The notes below the pieces were generated by a model that worked only from the letters and a program-made list of their open reading frames with translations, had not been told where the DNA came from and made no database searches. Both the position numbers and the translations under genes were made by a program. A DNA stretch of 64,000 nucleotides from Callorhinchus milii (lineage: Eukaryota), in assembly GCF_018977255.1 (NCBI RefSeq), contig NW_024704742.1:63056001-63120000 (forward strand), given 5' to 3'. Shown here piece after piece: positions 35,550 through 47,831 of this stretch. Every line of letters starts with the position of its first letter. The first letter of the stretch is position 1.

Positions 35550-35950
35550 CATAATCCTTGCATTTAATAATAGTGCCTCTCACTTCAGAGGGACATCTCA
35601 AAGCATTTATTGTGTTTGTGAGGTGGCTGTATATTTGTAAGCAAACCTGACAGCCCATTTGCACACAGCAACATCACACAAACAGCCATGAAATTAATTT
35701 TATTTGGGGGGTTGTTGGCTAGGACATTGGGAGAAACTCCCTTCCCTTTTCGAGTAGTACATGGGATTGTTAACATCCACATAAACAGACACATTAACTT
35801 GGTTTAATGTTTCATCCAGAGGAAACCATGTCTGACAATGTAACAACACACCCCCAATACTGCATTGGAGGTTAAGTACCAGCATGGGGCTTAAACCCAC
35901 AACCTTCTGATTCAGAGGTAAGAGAGCTACCAAATGAGCCAGACTGACAC
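35550..35950 (-). mobile_element. Near full-length Deu-domain SINE
   Basis: Head, Deu core (GGATGAAACATTAAACCAAG...GGATGTTAACAATCCCATG) and tail on minus strand. Confidence 0.85.
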
Positions 35951-38334
35951 CATATCAAATATAGCAGCAGTCAAAGCACTTTGGAGTGCTGTCTTTGCAG
36001 TGGCTTGTGCGTGGATCAGCAAGCTTTCCATTGCATCCTACACGCAGATAGTCATTAACTTGAAGCTGAACTGCATTGCAGCCAACTGTTGGTCAAGAGC
36101 CCGAGGTATTCAACTGTGAGATGCAGGAGTGCATCCTTGGAATGGAGGTATTCAATTGTGAAATGGAGTTGTTCACAAGGAATAGCTGAATTGATTGCAG
36201 CAAAATAAATTCCTTAGGTTCCAGGCAAGAACATTTCTGGATTTTCGGAAAATAGGACAACACGATTTTTATTAAGCATTATAGGCTTGCAGAGGCTACC
36301 ACTGAACTGACTTCTTGCAGTGCAGGTTAAGGCAGTACAAGGTGAGAATGCATTACCTGTCTGCGAAATTCTTTGTGCCTTTGATCTTGCCAGGTTAGTA
36401 ATGTAAACTGGATCAGGCCAGGTCAGTGCACATCTTTGTTAGGGTAACTACGGACAATCTCAGACAGGGCTGAAGTTGGGAGATCTTTGTGCATCTATTG
36501 CAGTGTAAAAATCTACTGAAGGAAAATAATTAAAATAGCTCTCCAAAGGGAATCATTTTTCATCATCATTCCTCCTTAAACGAACAATAGCTGAAAGAAT
36601 CTATTACTGGGATGTTTGGTGTACTTGTATAGCACTAATGGAAATATTGAAAAAAAATTGCATTTGCAATTTGCATTGTAATTCAGTTCCTAAATGTAAT
36701 ATTCTGTGCTGTGATTTGAAGCTAGATTCATTTAAGTTCTCTATTCACTGTAGAGCAGAAATATTGACATTTACAAAATCAATTCCATCATAATGCATTA
36801 ACAACAAAAATAGAGATTAATCTCCACAACTTCAATGTGAAATGTATTATCTTCACCTCATTTGGTTGTTGTCAACATATTAAAAAAAAAATCAATGCAT
36901 TGACAACTGTATCTACAAATAACTTTGGAGATGAAAGCATATTATTAAATATGTTTTCTGGTTCTCATGGAAGAAATTCCTAAGAATCACTCACAACACA
37001 TGCAACTGATAAAATGGTCTGACTACTAGTGAGGGCAGTGACAACGTGGAACTCGCTGTCCAAAGCAGTTGTTGAAGCAGGCAGTACAGACAATAATAAT
37101 CCTTGCATTTGGTATCGTACCTTTCAGGTCAAAAGGATGTCCCAAAGCGTTTCACAGGATTTACTATGAAATGGAATGATCGTGTATTTGTGGGCAAATG
37201 CAGCAGCCAATATGCATACAGTGATGTAATCTTACATGCATGTAAGAGGAAGCTTCTCCCTCATGTGAAACTAGATATGCACATGAGGGAGAAGGGAACA
37301 GAAAGCAATAGGAATGGAATAAGAAATGGACAGACTCATATGGAGTATAAATACCGGCAGGGTTGTTAATGGTTGTTGATGGGTTATGCACTCTGACAAG
37401 TAGGGTGCTTTATAAATGCGCCCAATATTTTGTATAGTATTATAATTTTCTATAAAAGGTGCTACATAAGTGTAACTTTGTTGTTGTTGTATATTCTAGT
37501 TTGAGAGAAGTTCCTGGTATCTGTTAACCGCAAAACAAGGGCTCACAACTGCACATGTCAGATACCCAATCATAGGTAAGATTAACTTATTTTGAAGCTG
37601 ACCTGATTCTAAGATGACACAATCCTCTTTGGCAGTCTCGGTACTCTAATAATAATAATCATAATAATAATCCTTGCATTTGATGTAACGCTTTTCACGT
37701 CTCCAGACATCTCAAAACGCTTCACAGAATATACTGTAAAGTGAATTAACTGTATATTTGAGGGTGAAACTCTGGTCTTAAACCAGGCATGTCTCCAAGG
37801 CACTGCTTCTGACAGACCAGTGATCCTGGTTTGACAGTAGAACATGGATATGCATTGAGCATTTGAAACTAATAACCAACTTAGTGTTACTTCTCACTTC
37901 CCAGAGCAACTTTTAGTCTAGTGCAAACTGTGAGTATTTCAGATGCCATAGACATTTTGGCACACTAGTTGTATTTGCTTGTGACAATTATAACATATGA
38001 CAAAGTACTGAGATGGATTCAGTCATCCTACTTGACATGTTTTACCCATTACGATTATGACAATCAAGAATGTCAAAGCTGATGTGACTTGTGTTGGGTG
38101 TAATCAGTTGTAACATGGTCTACTTAATGCCTAAATAAAACATAATGTGAGAAACTATGTGAAGAATTGGAAAAGTCTGTGGTTTTGGGAATTGCGGGAT
38201 TATTGTTTCATTGTTTTGAGATCTATAGCTCACTTCTTTTTAAAAAAAACTCATTAGTAGCAACCAGAAAAATTACTGAGATGAAACAGGAGCTGAATTT
38301 GAATCAAATCTCTTGTACCAAATTATAAATGAAT

Positions 38335-38725
38335 AATTCTTGATACAGCATCTTTCACATCAGCAGGATGTTTCAGAGCACTTCACAGGAGTCACTGTAC
38401 AGTCTAATGACTCCGTATTTTGTAGGTAAATGCAGCAGGCAATTTGGACTGACCCATATTATGGGGGGATTTTTGGCCAGGATACTGAGAGAAACTCCCT
38501 TCGCTTTCGAATAATGCCATGGGATCTTTTACATCCACCTCAACAGGCAATACAGACGTCAGTGTTATGCCTCATCCAAGAAATGGCACCTCCAATAATG
38601 CAGTATACTGCAGTACTCCATCAGAGTACAGGCCTAGACAATGTGAGTTCAAAGTCCTGATGTGGCATTTGAACTCACAGCCTTCTGATTCATAGGCGAG
38701 AGTGTTCCCAATTGAGCCAGACTTA
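38335..38725 (-). mobile_element. Near full-length Deu-domain SINE
   Basis: GGTGGATGTAAAAGATCCCATGGCATTATTCGAAAG core on minus strand, with head and tail. Confidence 0.85.
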
Positions 38726-39099
38726 CATTTACAGCAGTGTACACTGTAATGTTTCTATTGATTAAAGATGACAAAACTGGGAATGTTCACATTAAATAAG
38801 TTTTTCCTTGCTCAGTCAGAAGTCTAATACATGTGGAACCCACAACAGCAGGCTTAAAGGTATCTATACCAAACTATTGAGAGTTTCACAGAAACATGGG
38901 AATTTCTATTTATCTGGAATGGAGTGTACAATCTTTCCCCAGAGGGACGCATTACATATCCTGCTCACCTAACCTTGGAAGGTAAAAGGCAAAGATTGGT
39001 AAGAGCCAAGTCTTAGAGATAACAGAATGTGCACTGTAGTACTCCTGGAGTTTAAAGTACATTTCATTGCAAGTTGTTGTAGCACATAAAACAATACAA

Positions 39100-39608
39100 T
39101 GAAACAGAAATTTATATTTATATAACACGTCTCACATTGCGAGAACGTCTCAAGTACTTAACTGTGCTGCCTGGCCATCTGAGCTGGAGATGGGAGCCTA
39201 GAAGAGTGGGGAGGGGAAAGATGACCAAAAGCATAGTCAAGGTAGATTTTGAGATGGACCTTGAACAAAATGAGGGATGGGGAGGGAGTCAAAGGAAATC
39301 TGGGGTGGAGTTCTCAAGAGTGGGATAAAAAAGCTCTCCCGATGTTGGTAGGGGCAGATAGGGTGGGGGACAAGAAGCAGGCCAGTGTCTCTATCAAAGG
39401 AAGGAGCCATTTTGAGTTTGAGCAAGTCGCAGAGATAGGGTGGCTGAGACCTATGGAGAGATTTAAAGATGAGAATGAGGATCTGGAACTCGATCTGCCA
39501 GAGTAACCACTGGGGGATGGGGTGCCAATGGAGCCAGGCAAGGGTAACAAGGGTGTGGGTAATAGGCTTGCTGAGCCTAGTGCAGAAAAGGACAAACTGC
39601 AGATTTCC
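39100..39608 (-). mobile_element. L2 3' fragment
   Basis: LAWLHWHPIP...IEFQILILIFKSLH...PPYLCDLL (ORF 39237-39614). Confidence 0.85.
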
Positions 39609-40541
39609 AGACAATCACTCATCATCATATTGACTTCCCCACCAAAATATTTCTTAGACCGAAAGAGTTAAGGTTTGAAAAACAGGACCTTTGAACAACA
39701 TTTCACCTTTGCACGTATCAGCTGCATCATTAATTTGTTTTGTAAACCTACAAGATCTTTAGAAAACTACACTGGCTGCCAAATTTTCAGGGAAAGAAAT
39801 TATTGACTCCATTTGTGCTGTTTTACAGACATCTCTGAGTAAAAGCAAGTCAGTTTCTGCACTAAAGATAATTTGTGGATGATTAATAAATAATCATATG
39901 CCTGATATTTAAGATAATTGACACACTCGGAGATTTCAATGGAACACTTTCATTCATTACATAACTCTTATTTTGCCTGCCTAAATCTTGTAATTGGTAA
40001 TAAAAGTCATTGTTTCCAGGGATATGCTCTCTGGAATTCACTTCCACTCAATATGGGGCAAATTACACCATTTCAACATTTTAATGACTTGTGTTTGACA
40101 GGCTCGGGTGAACTTGTCATTTTACTCTGTGAAAGGAAATGGATTAAGCAATGCTCGTCCTTCAGCAACCTTGAAATTTTCAAATACTTCATTGAATATT
40201 CTTGCAGTTGGGTTTTAAATTGCGTAAATGGTTTTCCTGGCTTGTGTTATTTAATGGGCTTTTACAATTGTCGTGCTATTTACAATTTAATTCTCGAACA
40301 CTTGGAAAAGGACAGCGAGGAAAACTGCAATGTTACTCGATGCTTTGAGGTTAGGCAGAATTGAAGCTCACGTCAGAACGCAAATGCGTTGTGGAGCTCA
40401 TTCATCATCTTGTATATTGCTCGCAGAAATAGTCCCAGAAAGAGTCAGTCAATTTGACAATAAAGGTGACTTTTCTCTTCATTTTTGAGGTAACCTTGTC
40501 CATCATAGTTGTTTGTTGTCACTCTATCGTGCTTTACAAGT

Positions 40542-40758
40542 GGAGTCCTGTAGCTCAGTGGTTAGAGCACTCGCTTCACAAATGAGAGACCTAGGTTCGA
40601 TTCCCGGCAGGGCAAAATGTTGGGCAAGTTTCCTTACTCCACACGTCTGATTATAATCCCTCGAGAAAAAAAACAACAATAATTTGGTCACTCAATCCAT
40701 GACTGTTGTGGAAGATATGAAAAGCGCTATATCAAATGCAAGAATTGTTATATTGTTA
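40542..40758 (+). mobile_element. tRNA-Ala SINE with internal deletion
   Basis: Intact head with B box GTTCGATTCC; body jumps from GACTGTTGTGG to TGAAAAGCGCTATATC. Confidence 0.88.
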
Positions 40759-41116
40759 TACTAATTGCTATATTTATGTAGCAGCATAAATTTAGCTAAA
40801 ATATTTCAGGCTAAAACTATACCATATGTTTATGCATAAGTGTTAACAAAAATGACTTACATGCTAAAAATGCATATATACGTCATGCCACAAACTCACA
40901 GTCGAGGCTGACACTCCAGTGCAATGCTGGCACTCTGCTGAATTGTCAGTGATGCCATTCCTCAACTGAAATATTAAACTGAGCTCTCATCTGCCTGTTC
41001 AAACTTACATTGAAGAGCCTGTGACACAAATTTACAGCACAGAAAGTGTTCATTTGACCCACTCAGAGCAAGGTGTTCAGCATTGTCTCCATACCCTTCA
41101 AGCATCTATCGTTCAA

Positions 41117-41864
41117 ATAATAATAATAATCTTTGCACTTGATATAGCGCTGTATCACGTCGGTGAGACGGCTCAAAGTGCTTCACAGAATAATATACTG
41201 TAAAGCGAATTGACTGTGATTTTGAGGGTGAAATAGGCTTGCTGAGCTCCTAACTCGCTATCATCCTGCTCGCTCCCTCCGCTCAGCGAGCTCTGGCCTG
41301 CTTCATGTCCCCCGCCTCGCTTACCCCACTATTGGCGGGTGGGCCTCATGCCACTCTGCCCCCAACCTCTGGAACTCCATCCTGCAGTCCCTCCTCCTCG
41401 CCCCCTCCCTTGCCTCCTTCAAGAGCCATCTCAAGATCCTCCTCTTCGACCGTGCTTTTGATCATCCTCCTTCCCCCCCCTCCCTTCCACACTCCTTGAC
41501 CCCGACTTCCAGCTCAGGTCCAAAACTCTGTCTGTCCAGCACCTTGGAACATCCTCCCAACATGAAAGGCGCTACACAAATTTAATTTTATTGTTGTTTT
41601 TGTTGAAATGCGGAAGCCAATTGCACACAAACAGTCATAGATTAAGTAACAAAATTATTTTTATTTAATGTATTTTTTGAAGGGATTATTACTCTCAGAA
41701 AGTGGTCTGCCAAATCGACTAACAACCAGTTTCCTACTTACTGTTAGGTAAACAGAGGTGTGTGGAGGAAGGAAACTTGCCTAAGGTTTCGCCCCTCCCG
41801 TGAATCGAACCCCAGTTCTCTTGCTTGCGAGGCAAGTGCTCTAACCACTATGCTACAGGAATCC
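41117..41864 (-). mobile_element. tRNA-Ala SINE type B split by a plus-strand L2 3' fragment (~41234-41603)
   Basis: SINE tail at left, head at right, L2 piece with own tail between; TGAAAT on both sides of the L2. Confidence 0.85.
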
Positions 41865-42284
41865 ACATATGCCTGTCTACTTCCCTCTTGAAACTCACAA
41901 TAGGCTAATAATAATAATAATAATAATAATCCTGGCTATATCAAATACAAGGATTATTATTATTATTATTAGATTGTGCCTCTACCAACTTAACTGGTAG
42001 GGCATTCCATATCTCAGTAACTTTCTGAGTGAAAAAAAATCACCTGAGCTCTCCTTTTGCTTTTCTTGTGAGTATCTTATAATTATGGCCATAGTCACTG
42101 ACTCCCATATTAGTGGAAATAGCTTTTCCCTATTTACCCTGTGAAAAAACTCTCATAACTTTGTAAACCTCTATCAGCTCAACCATTTCTGATCCAAGAA
42201 AGATAGCCCAAACTTCTTTGGGATCTCAACCAACCAGCTCCTAGTCTATAAACTGCAGTTCTCGCCGTTCCACCAACACAACAA

Positions 42285-42590
42285 TTTACACATAGCATTG
42301 TCCCACAAATAGCCATGAAGTCAACTATCAATTTAAGGTGGGAGATTGTTGACCAGGATACCGAGAGGAACTCCCTTCTCTTTGGAATAGCTCCATGGAA
42401 TTTTCAACTTCCACTTGAACAGATAGGCAAGACCTTGGTTTAATATATCATCCAAAGGACAGCAATGCAGCGCATTCCCAATAATGTATTGGAGTGTCAG
42501 CCTAGATAAGGTTAGTTTGAACTTGGAGCTTTGAAACCATAACTTTCTGACTCAGAGGTGAGGGTGATATCAACTGAGCCAGGCTAACCT
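42285..42590 (-). mobile_element. Deu-domain SINE
   Basis: Head and Deu core on minus strand, similar to 38335-38725. Confidence 0.82.
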
Positions 42591-43627
42591 GTAGCACCAG
42601 AGCAGGGACCACATTAAGGCTGGTCCTAACACAGATCCATAGCACCTGAAGAAGTCTCGAGGCAGTTCTGAAGGCTTAAGTGAATGGTACTATTCAAAAA
42701 GAGAACAGATTTTCTCCCAGAGTCCTGACCTACAAATCTCCAAAATAAAATTGGTCACTCACTCCAAGGCATACCTGTTTGTAGGACATTGCTGTGTGCA
42801 ATTGGCTCCCACATCCTGTCCGTAAAATACCACAGACACTCCACTTTGCAGCATATCCTGTGAAGCGCTTTGAGACGTTTCAATGATGTGATAAGGTGCT
42901 ATATCAAATGCAAGGATTATTATTATTTTCATTATTACAACATTCAAGGTACTGTGGGCTGCGGTGGGTTGTGTGGGGGGGTGGGGGGGAGGGTGGGATT
43001 CCAGTCTACAGTAAATGCCTGGTACACATTAATTGCATTACTCACATCCTCAGTTAAAGCCCACCCCCTGATAACTTAAGTAAATTAGTTCAGTTGACTT
43101 GAAGTCCTCAATCTGACATTGTATGCGTCTGAAATACAATTCTAAAAACACATTTGCAATGATGCAAATAGTAAATAATAGTCTCCAGGGTCGCTGCTTA
43201 ATTGCTTAATTATGTAAATACTCAAATTTCAGAATTTAATTATTTGCTGCCAAATTGTTTTACTTTTGTTTTCTTGGTTCACAGTCCCATGATTTTCATG
43301 CTTCATTTTCCATGTGAGCTACAGTTTTTTTCACAGCTACCTAAAGGCATGTATGCTATTATTTAGTCTGTCCAAGAATTGAGAATAACTATGTTTGGAC
43401 ATGTTTGGGACAGATATTGGGGATGAAAACTGACAGAAAATCTGACATACTCTAACACAACTTGAAGCTGGAAAGTGCTTTTGATCAAATATTACTATTA
43501 ATATAGTTAATATTAAATAATCACAGAACACATAGAATTATGGATACTTGGAAGAGAATTACAGGGCATCATGATTATTAAGAAATTTACACAATCTCAA
43601 CGATCTCATGAATTTACACAATCTCAT

Positions 43628-43770
43628 GGTCCAAAGTGGCCTTTATATAAGGGTGGCCTCTGAGTAAGGGTTTGTTGGTGTGTGAACTGGGCTGCTCGGG
43701 CTGGTCCAGGATGTTTTTTAACAGGGGGTGTTTGTTGAATGGAGGTGGTTGCTTGGACAGGTTTAACTTT
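43628..43770. mobile_element. Possible end of a Tigger/pogo-type MITE
   Basis: Repeated GTGGCCT/GGTGGTT motifs ending in GGACAGGTTTAACT, reminiscent of pogo-type termini; partner end not found. Confidence 0.3.
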
Positions 43771-43854
43771 AGTTTTACTCACTATTCAGTAAGCACTTTG
43801 GAATGTCTTCCCAACGTGAAACGTACTATACAAATGTAATTTGTTATTGTTATT

Positions 43855-44085
43855 TGAACGTCCTGTCCTCCAGACTCCTCAGCTCTTCTCTGCACAAGCT
43901 GCAGACCATCCAGAATACTACACCTTATATCCTCTCCCGCACCATGAACCGTGAATGTAAAACACTCATGCTCGCTCAGCTCTGCCAGTTCCCCATCCCA
44001 GAGGATCAGATTCAAGATCCTTGTCCTCACATTTACATCCCTCTGAAGCTTTGTCCCTCCCAATCTCTGCAACCTCCCGCAATCC
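43855..44085 (+). mobile_element. L2 3' fragment
   Basis: SSLHKLQTIQNT motif and GGATCAGATTCAAGATCCTTGTCCTC. Confidence 0.8.
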
Positions 44086-44637
44086 TAAAATAGTGCCTCG
44101 GGATCTAAAAGAGAATTTAGGAGATTGTGGAACTTGTTGCCCAAAGTGGTGGATCAAGCAGAGTGTAGATAACAACAACAACTTGTATTTATATAGTGCC
44201 CCTCATGCAGGATAGCTTCCCAGAGGGCTTGACGGTGACGGAGCATGACACTGAGCTGGGGGAATGGGGAGGTGACTGTAGGCATGGTCGAATGCATTTA
44301 ACAGGTAGCTAGATGAGGGAGAAGGGAATAGAAGGGTACTGATTCGATCGCTAAAGGTGATCAATACTGAGCTACAACTATGAGAATCAAGCGTTTATTT
44401 ATAGACCAAGACTTGTAGCCAGCATTTCATTAGTTATAGAGGTACTGTATACAAATGCAAGGATTATTATTATTATTATTATTAGCTTAATTTCTTTCAG
44501 AACAGAGATTTGTATTTTCAACGAAAACTTCAGCTTTTAATTTAGTTTTGTGTCATGCTTCAGATTACGTTGGAGTGCGGGTTGAATGGAGGTCACACTT
44601 TGTTTGTTGTGTTGTACTTCCAATTACCAGATTGAAA

Positions 44638-45010
44638 TGTCAGCCGAAGCTCACAAGGCAGCATTCTATTCTCTGAGACAGAAGGTTGTGAATTCAAGCC
44701 CCACATCGGGTCTTGGAACTCGTATTGGCTGACACTCCAATGCAGTCCTCGGGGTGCGCTGCATTGTCAGAGGTGTCACGTCTGCCTTTTCAGGTGAATG
44801 TCAAAGATCCCATGGCATTATTCAAAGAAGAGAATGGAGGTGTCCTGGCCAAAGTATCCCAGATAAAATTGGTCATTCACTTTGTGGCTGTTTATGGAAC
44901 ATTGTTGTGCATAAATTAGCTTTAAAGTTCAGCCACAAAATACACAATCGCTTCACTTTACAGTAAATCCCGTAAGCGCTTTGAGATGGTCTCCTTACCA
45001 TTATATCAAG
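44638..45010 (+). mobile_element. Deu-domain SINE with internal deletion
   Basis: GTCAGCC...CTCTGAGACAGAAGGTTGTGAATTCAAGCCCCAC head; AAAGATCCCATGGCATTATTCAAAGAAGAG core; tail. Confidence 0.85.
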
Positions 45011-45148
45011 CATTGTTAATATTAGTAGTAATTGCAGCAGTATTCATATAATCCACATTTGTGTGACTCAGATTCTTTATCAAGGAAACTTATAAAGAAA
45101 AGCACAAGTGAGAAAACACAGAAGGTATTTTGTTTTCTGTGGAACACA

Positions 45149-45522
45149 GAAGTCCTGTAGTTCAGTGGTTAGAGCACTCACCTCGCAAGCCAGAGACCTG
45201 GATTCGATTCCCAGCAGGGCAAAACGTAGGGCAAGTTTCTTTACTCCACATGTCACTGTTTACCTAGCAGTGAGTAGGAACTTAGTTGTTAATCGATTGG
45301 CGGATCGCTTTTCCAGGGATAAAAATTCCTTAAATTATTTTTTTTAAATTTGTCACTCAATCTAGGACTGTTTGTGGGACACTGCTGTGCACAATTGGCT
45401 GCCGCATTTCGCCCATAAAATATACAATTAATTTACTTTACAGTATATTTCGTGAAGCGCTTTGAGACGTCTCGAAGATGTGATAAGACGCTATATCAAA
45501 TGCAAGGATTATTATTATTATT
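45149..45522 (+). mobile_element. Full-length tRNA-Ala SINE long type B
   Basis: Head, B box TTCGATTCC, extra segment CTGTTTACCTAGCAGTGAGTAGGAACTTAGTTGTTAATCGATTGGCGGATCGCTTTTCCAGGG, tail (TTA)n. Confidence 0.92.
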
Positions 45523-46271
45523 AACTATAGTATAGAACATTGAGCTTTTTCTGATGCTCTTCTGAATCCCATCTAATATGAATGAGTTGAATATAGTTAC
45601 TAGGTATTGGCAATTTGAAAGGATAAGTCGAGGATTTATATCCAGTTGTGAAGGCTTTAAAATGAACTAAGAAAATGCTGGAACAATCTCGATGGACTGA
45701 CTCCTGTTCTGATGTTCCTTGTACATCTGATTTTTATTTCTGGAGCAAAATACATACATTTATATAAGTTCCTCTGATATGTTCTTCTTTCATACTTAAA
45801 TGGTAATGATTAATTATTTAAACGTCACAGTTTTGGCAGTCGAGCCCAATTGCTAAATAATTAAAATATTGTCTAAGAGAGGTGATCTGTCTACTTTGGT
45901 AAATATCAAAGCACTTTTCAACCCCACAGCAGGTTGAAAAAGAGGACATATAGGAGATAGCAAACATTTTAAATACCTATTTCTTGGAGGTTTCTACAAG
46001 GAAGGACACTAAAAGTATGTTGTCCAACATCCAACACACATTGTTTCATTTGCAGGACCTCAATCATAGCTGTGCTGGTCATTGACTTAAGGAAGCTCCC
46101 CAGGCCGTAAAGACAGTGTAGATACAAACGATGAAGAACGACTAGAAAAACAGTCTTGAAACAAAACTTTGGAGACGATTTTTATAGGGGTATAGGAGAG
46201 CTAAATGAGATTGAGAAAGTAAACCTAGAACAGTATTTTTAGATACACCCAGGAAGCAGAACAACAGCAGC

Positions 46272-46806
46272 AAACAACAAATTGCATTTATTTAGCGCCT
46301 TTCAAGTTAGGAGGATGGACAGTGAAAGGTTTGCAATCAAGGATGAGGCTGGAGTCAAGAGGGACCAGGGCAAGGGGCTGGAGGTGGGAGAATGATCAAA
46401 GTCACAGTGAAACAGGAAGGTCTTGAGGTGGGCCTTGAAGGAGGCAAGGGAGGGGCAGGGTGAAGGGACTTTGGGATGGAGTTCCAGAGGGTCGGGGTGT
46501 AGAAAGGCTGAACAGACCAGTGCCTGCCGGGGGAGGAAGCAGGCAGGTTGACAAGATTTTAGTAGGTTGCAGAGATAGGGAGAAGGAAGATCATGGAGGG
46601 CTTTATACATGAGGTCACAGATCTTACACTTGATCCTCTGGTGAATGGGGAGCCAGTGAAGCCAAGCAAGGATGGGGGTGATCAGCTCATGAAGCTTGGT
46701 ACAGGAGAGAACACGAGCTGCAGAGTTCTGAATAAGCTGCAACTCGTGGAGGGAAGAGTTGGGAAGTTCAGCAAGCAGGGAATAAGTGTAGTCAAGCCTG
46801 GACATG
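46272..46806 (-). mobile_element. L2 3' fragment
   Basis: SRLDYTYSLLAELP...LQLIQNSAARVL...ITPILAWLHWLPI...FKAHLKTFLF (ORF 46302-46805). Confidence 0.93.
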
Positions 46807-46814
46807 ATGGAAGC

Positions 46815-47422
46815 TTCCGTATTCTAGGTAGAAAATGAAAATTTCAAATCTGACACAATTTCACAAGCTCAGTGTTATAAAGGCAATTTTAGGAGAGACA
46901 CCAAGAAATGTTTCTTTACTCAGAGGTTGTTCAATAACTGTAATGGTTTACCAAGGAGATATGTTGAGAACAGGACACTGGACTCATTTGAGAAACAGCT
47001 TGATGTTGCAATGGATATTCTGGAAAGAAGAGATCAGATTGGGCAACGAGCTCTCTTGTTCTGTTGCATTTGTGTAGTCTGTGCATTAATGTTTTACCTT
47101 CTTAATCCCATTTAACATCTTACATATCCACTATAAAATGCTCATATCAAAAATTATTTGAAGCAAGTTATTGGACTTTTATTGAATGACAGAATGCACT
47201 TGGTGAAATGTGAATTTACATTGTCCATGGAATTTGGAGAGTGCTTCAACAATTTACATGCTAAAGTGCTGTAGGCAGTTTGGAAATATTTTGTGGAGAT
47301 ATCAATGTGCCGATCAACCCATGGACTGGGTGGTACTTTGCCATGTGATATGGGAGAAGTTTCTGTAACATGTGAAATTGTGTCAGATTTGAAATCTTCA
47401 TTTTCCTATGTAGAATATGGAA
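46815..47422. repeat. ~51-bp inverted repeats enclosing ~500 bp, including a CR1 3' fragment (~46875-47070)
   Basis: 46815-46865 versus reverse complement of 47371-47422; ATTTCAAATCTGACACAATTTCACA is identical. Confidence 0.85.
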
Positions 47423-47614
47423 TTTCTAGCCCAAAGACTTCATAACAAAATACCAATGATAGAATCAAATAATAAAGAAAGCCAAGTAACCTAAAATATT
47501 CTAACTAACTGTTCTGTTACCATATTCCTAACTTTTATTGCATGTACAGTATATTTCTCTTGTTATACTTGCCTGCCATTCTAGGCAGAATATCAGCTAT
47601 TCGCTGGAAAGGTT

Positions 47615-47831
47615 AGGCCCCAAATTCCACCTTGTCTTAGACGATAAAACAATTTAATCTTAAAATTTACAGTAATGCACAATGATGAAAAATTCCTCAA
47701 TTTAGTCTAATCTGGAAATTGGTTTAAAAAGCTCTGGAAAAGAACCGGCTTCCAAATTAAGACTGAATTTAAGATCTGAAGTTTCAAGACCAAAAGATTG
47801 TATAGGCTAAGCCTAGGTGAAATTTGGGCCT
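47615..47831. mobile_element. Palindromic MITE-like element
   Basis: Ends AGGCCCCAAATTCCACCT and AGGTGAAATTTGGGCCT; inner inverted motifs; related pieces at 7337-7460, 20746-20829, 29765-29850 and 50382-50486. Confidence 0.7.

Noticed and set aside
36357..36515. Minus-strand coding exon bounded by TTTTCCTTCAG and CAG/GTAATG
   Set aside because: Stops in all three frames; a non-coding exon cannot be excluded without RNA data.
39918..40364. 148-aa ORF as a gene
   Set aside because: TTG start, Cys/Phe/Asn-rich composition typical of AT-rich non-coding DNA, no recognisable domain.
43584..43627. Short direct duplications (also 16716-16748, 25824-25852, 36103-36165)
   Set aside because: Simple local slippage-type duplications with no further structure.
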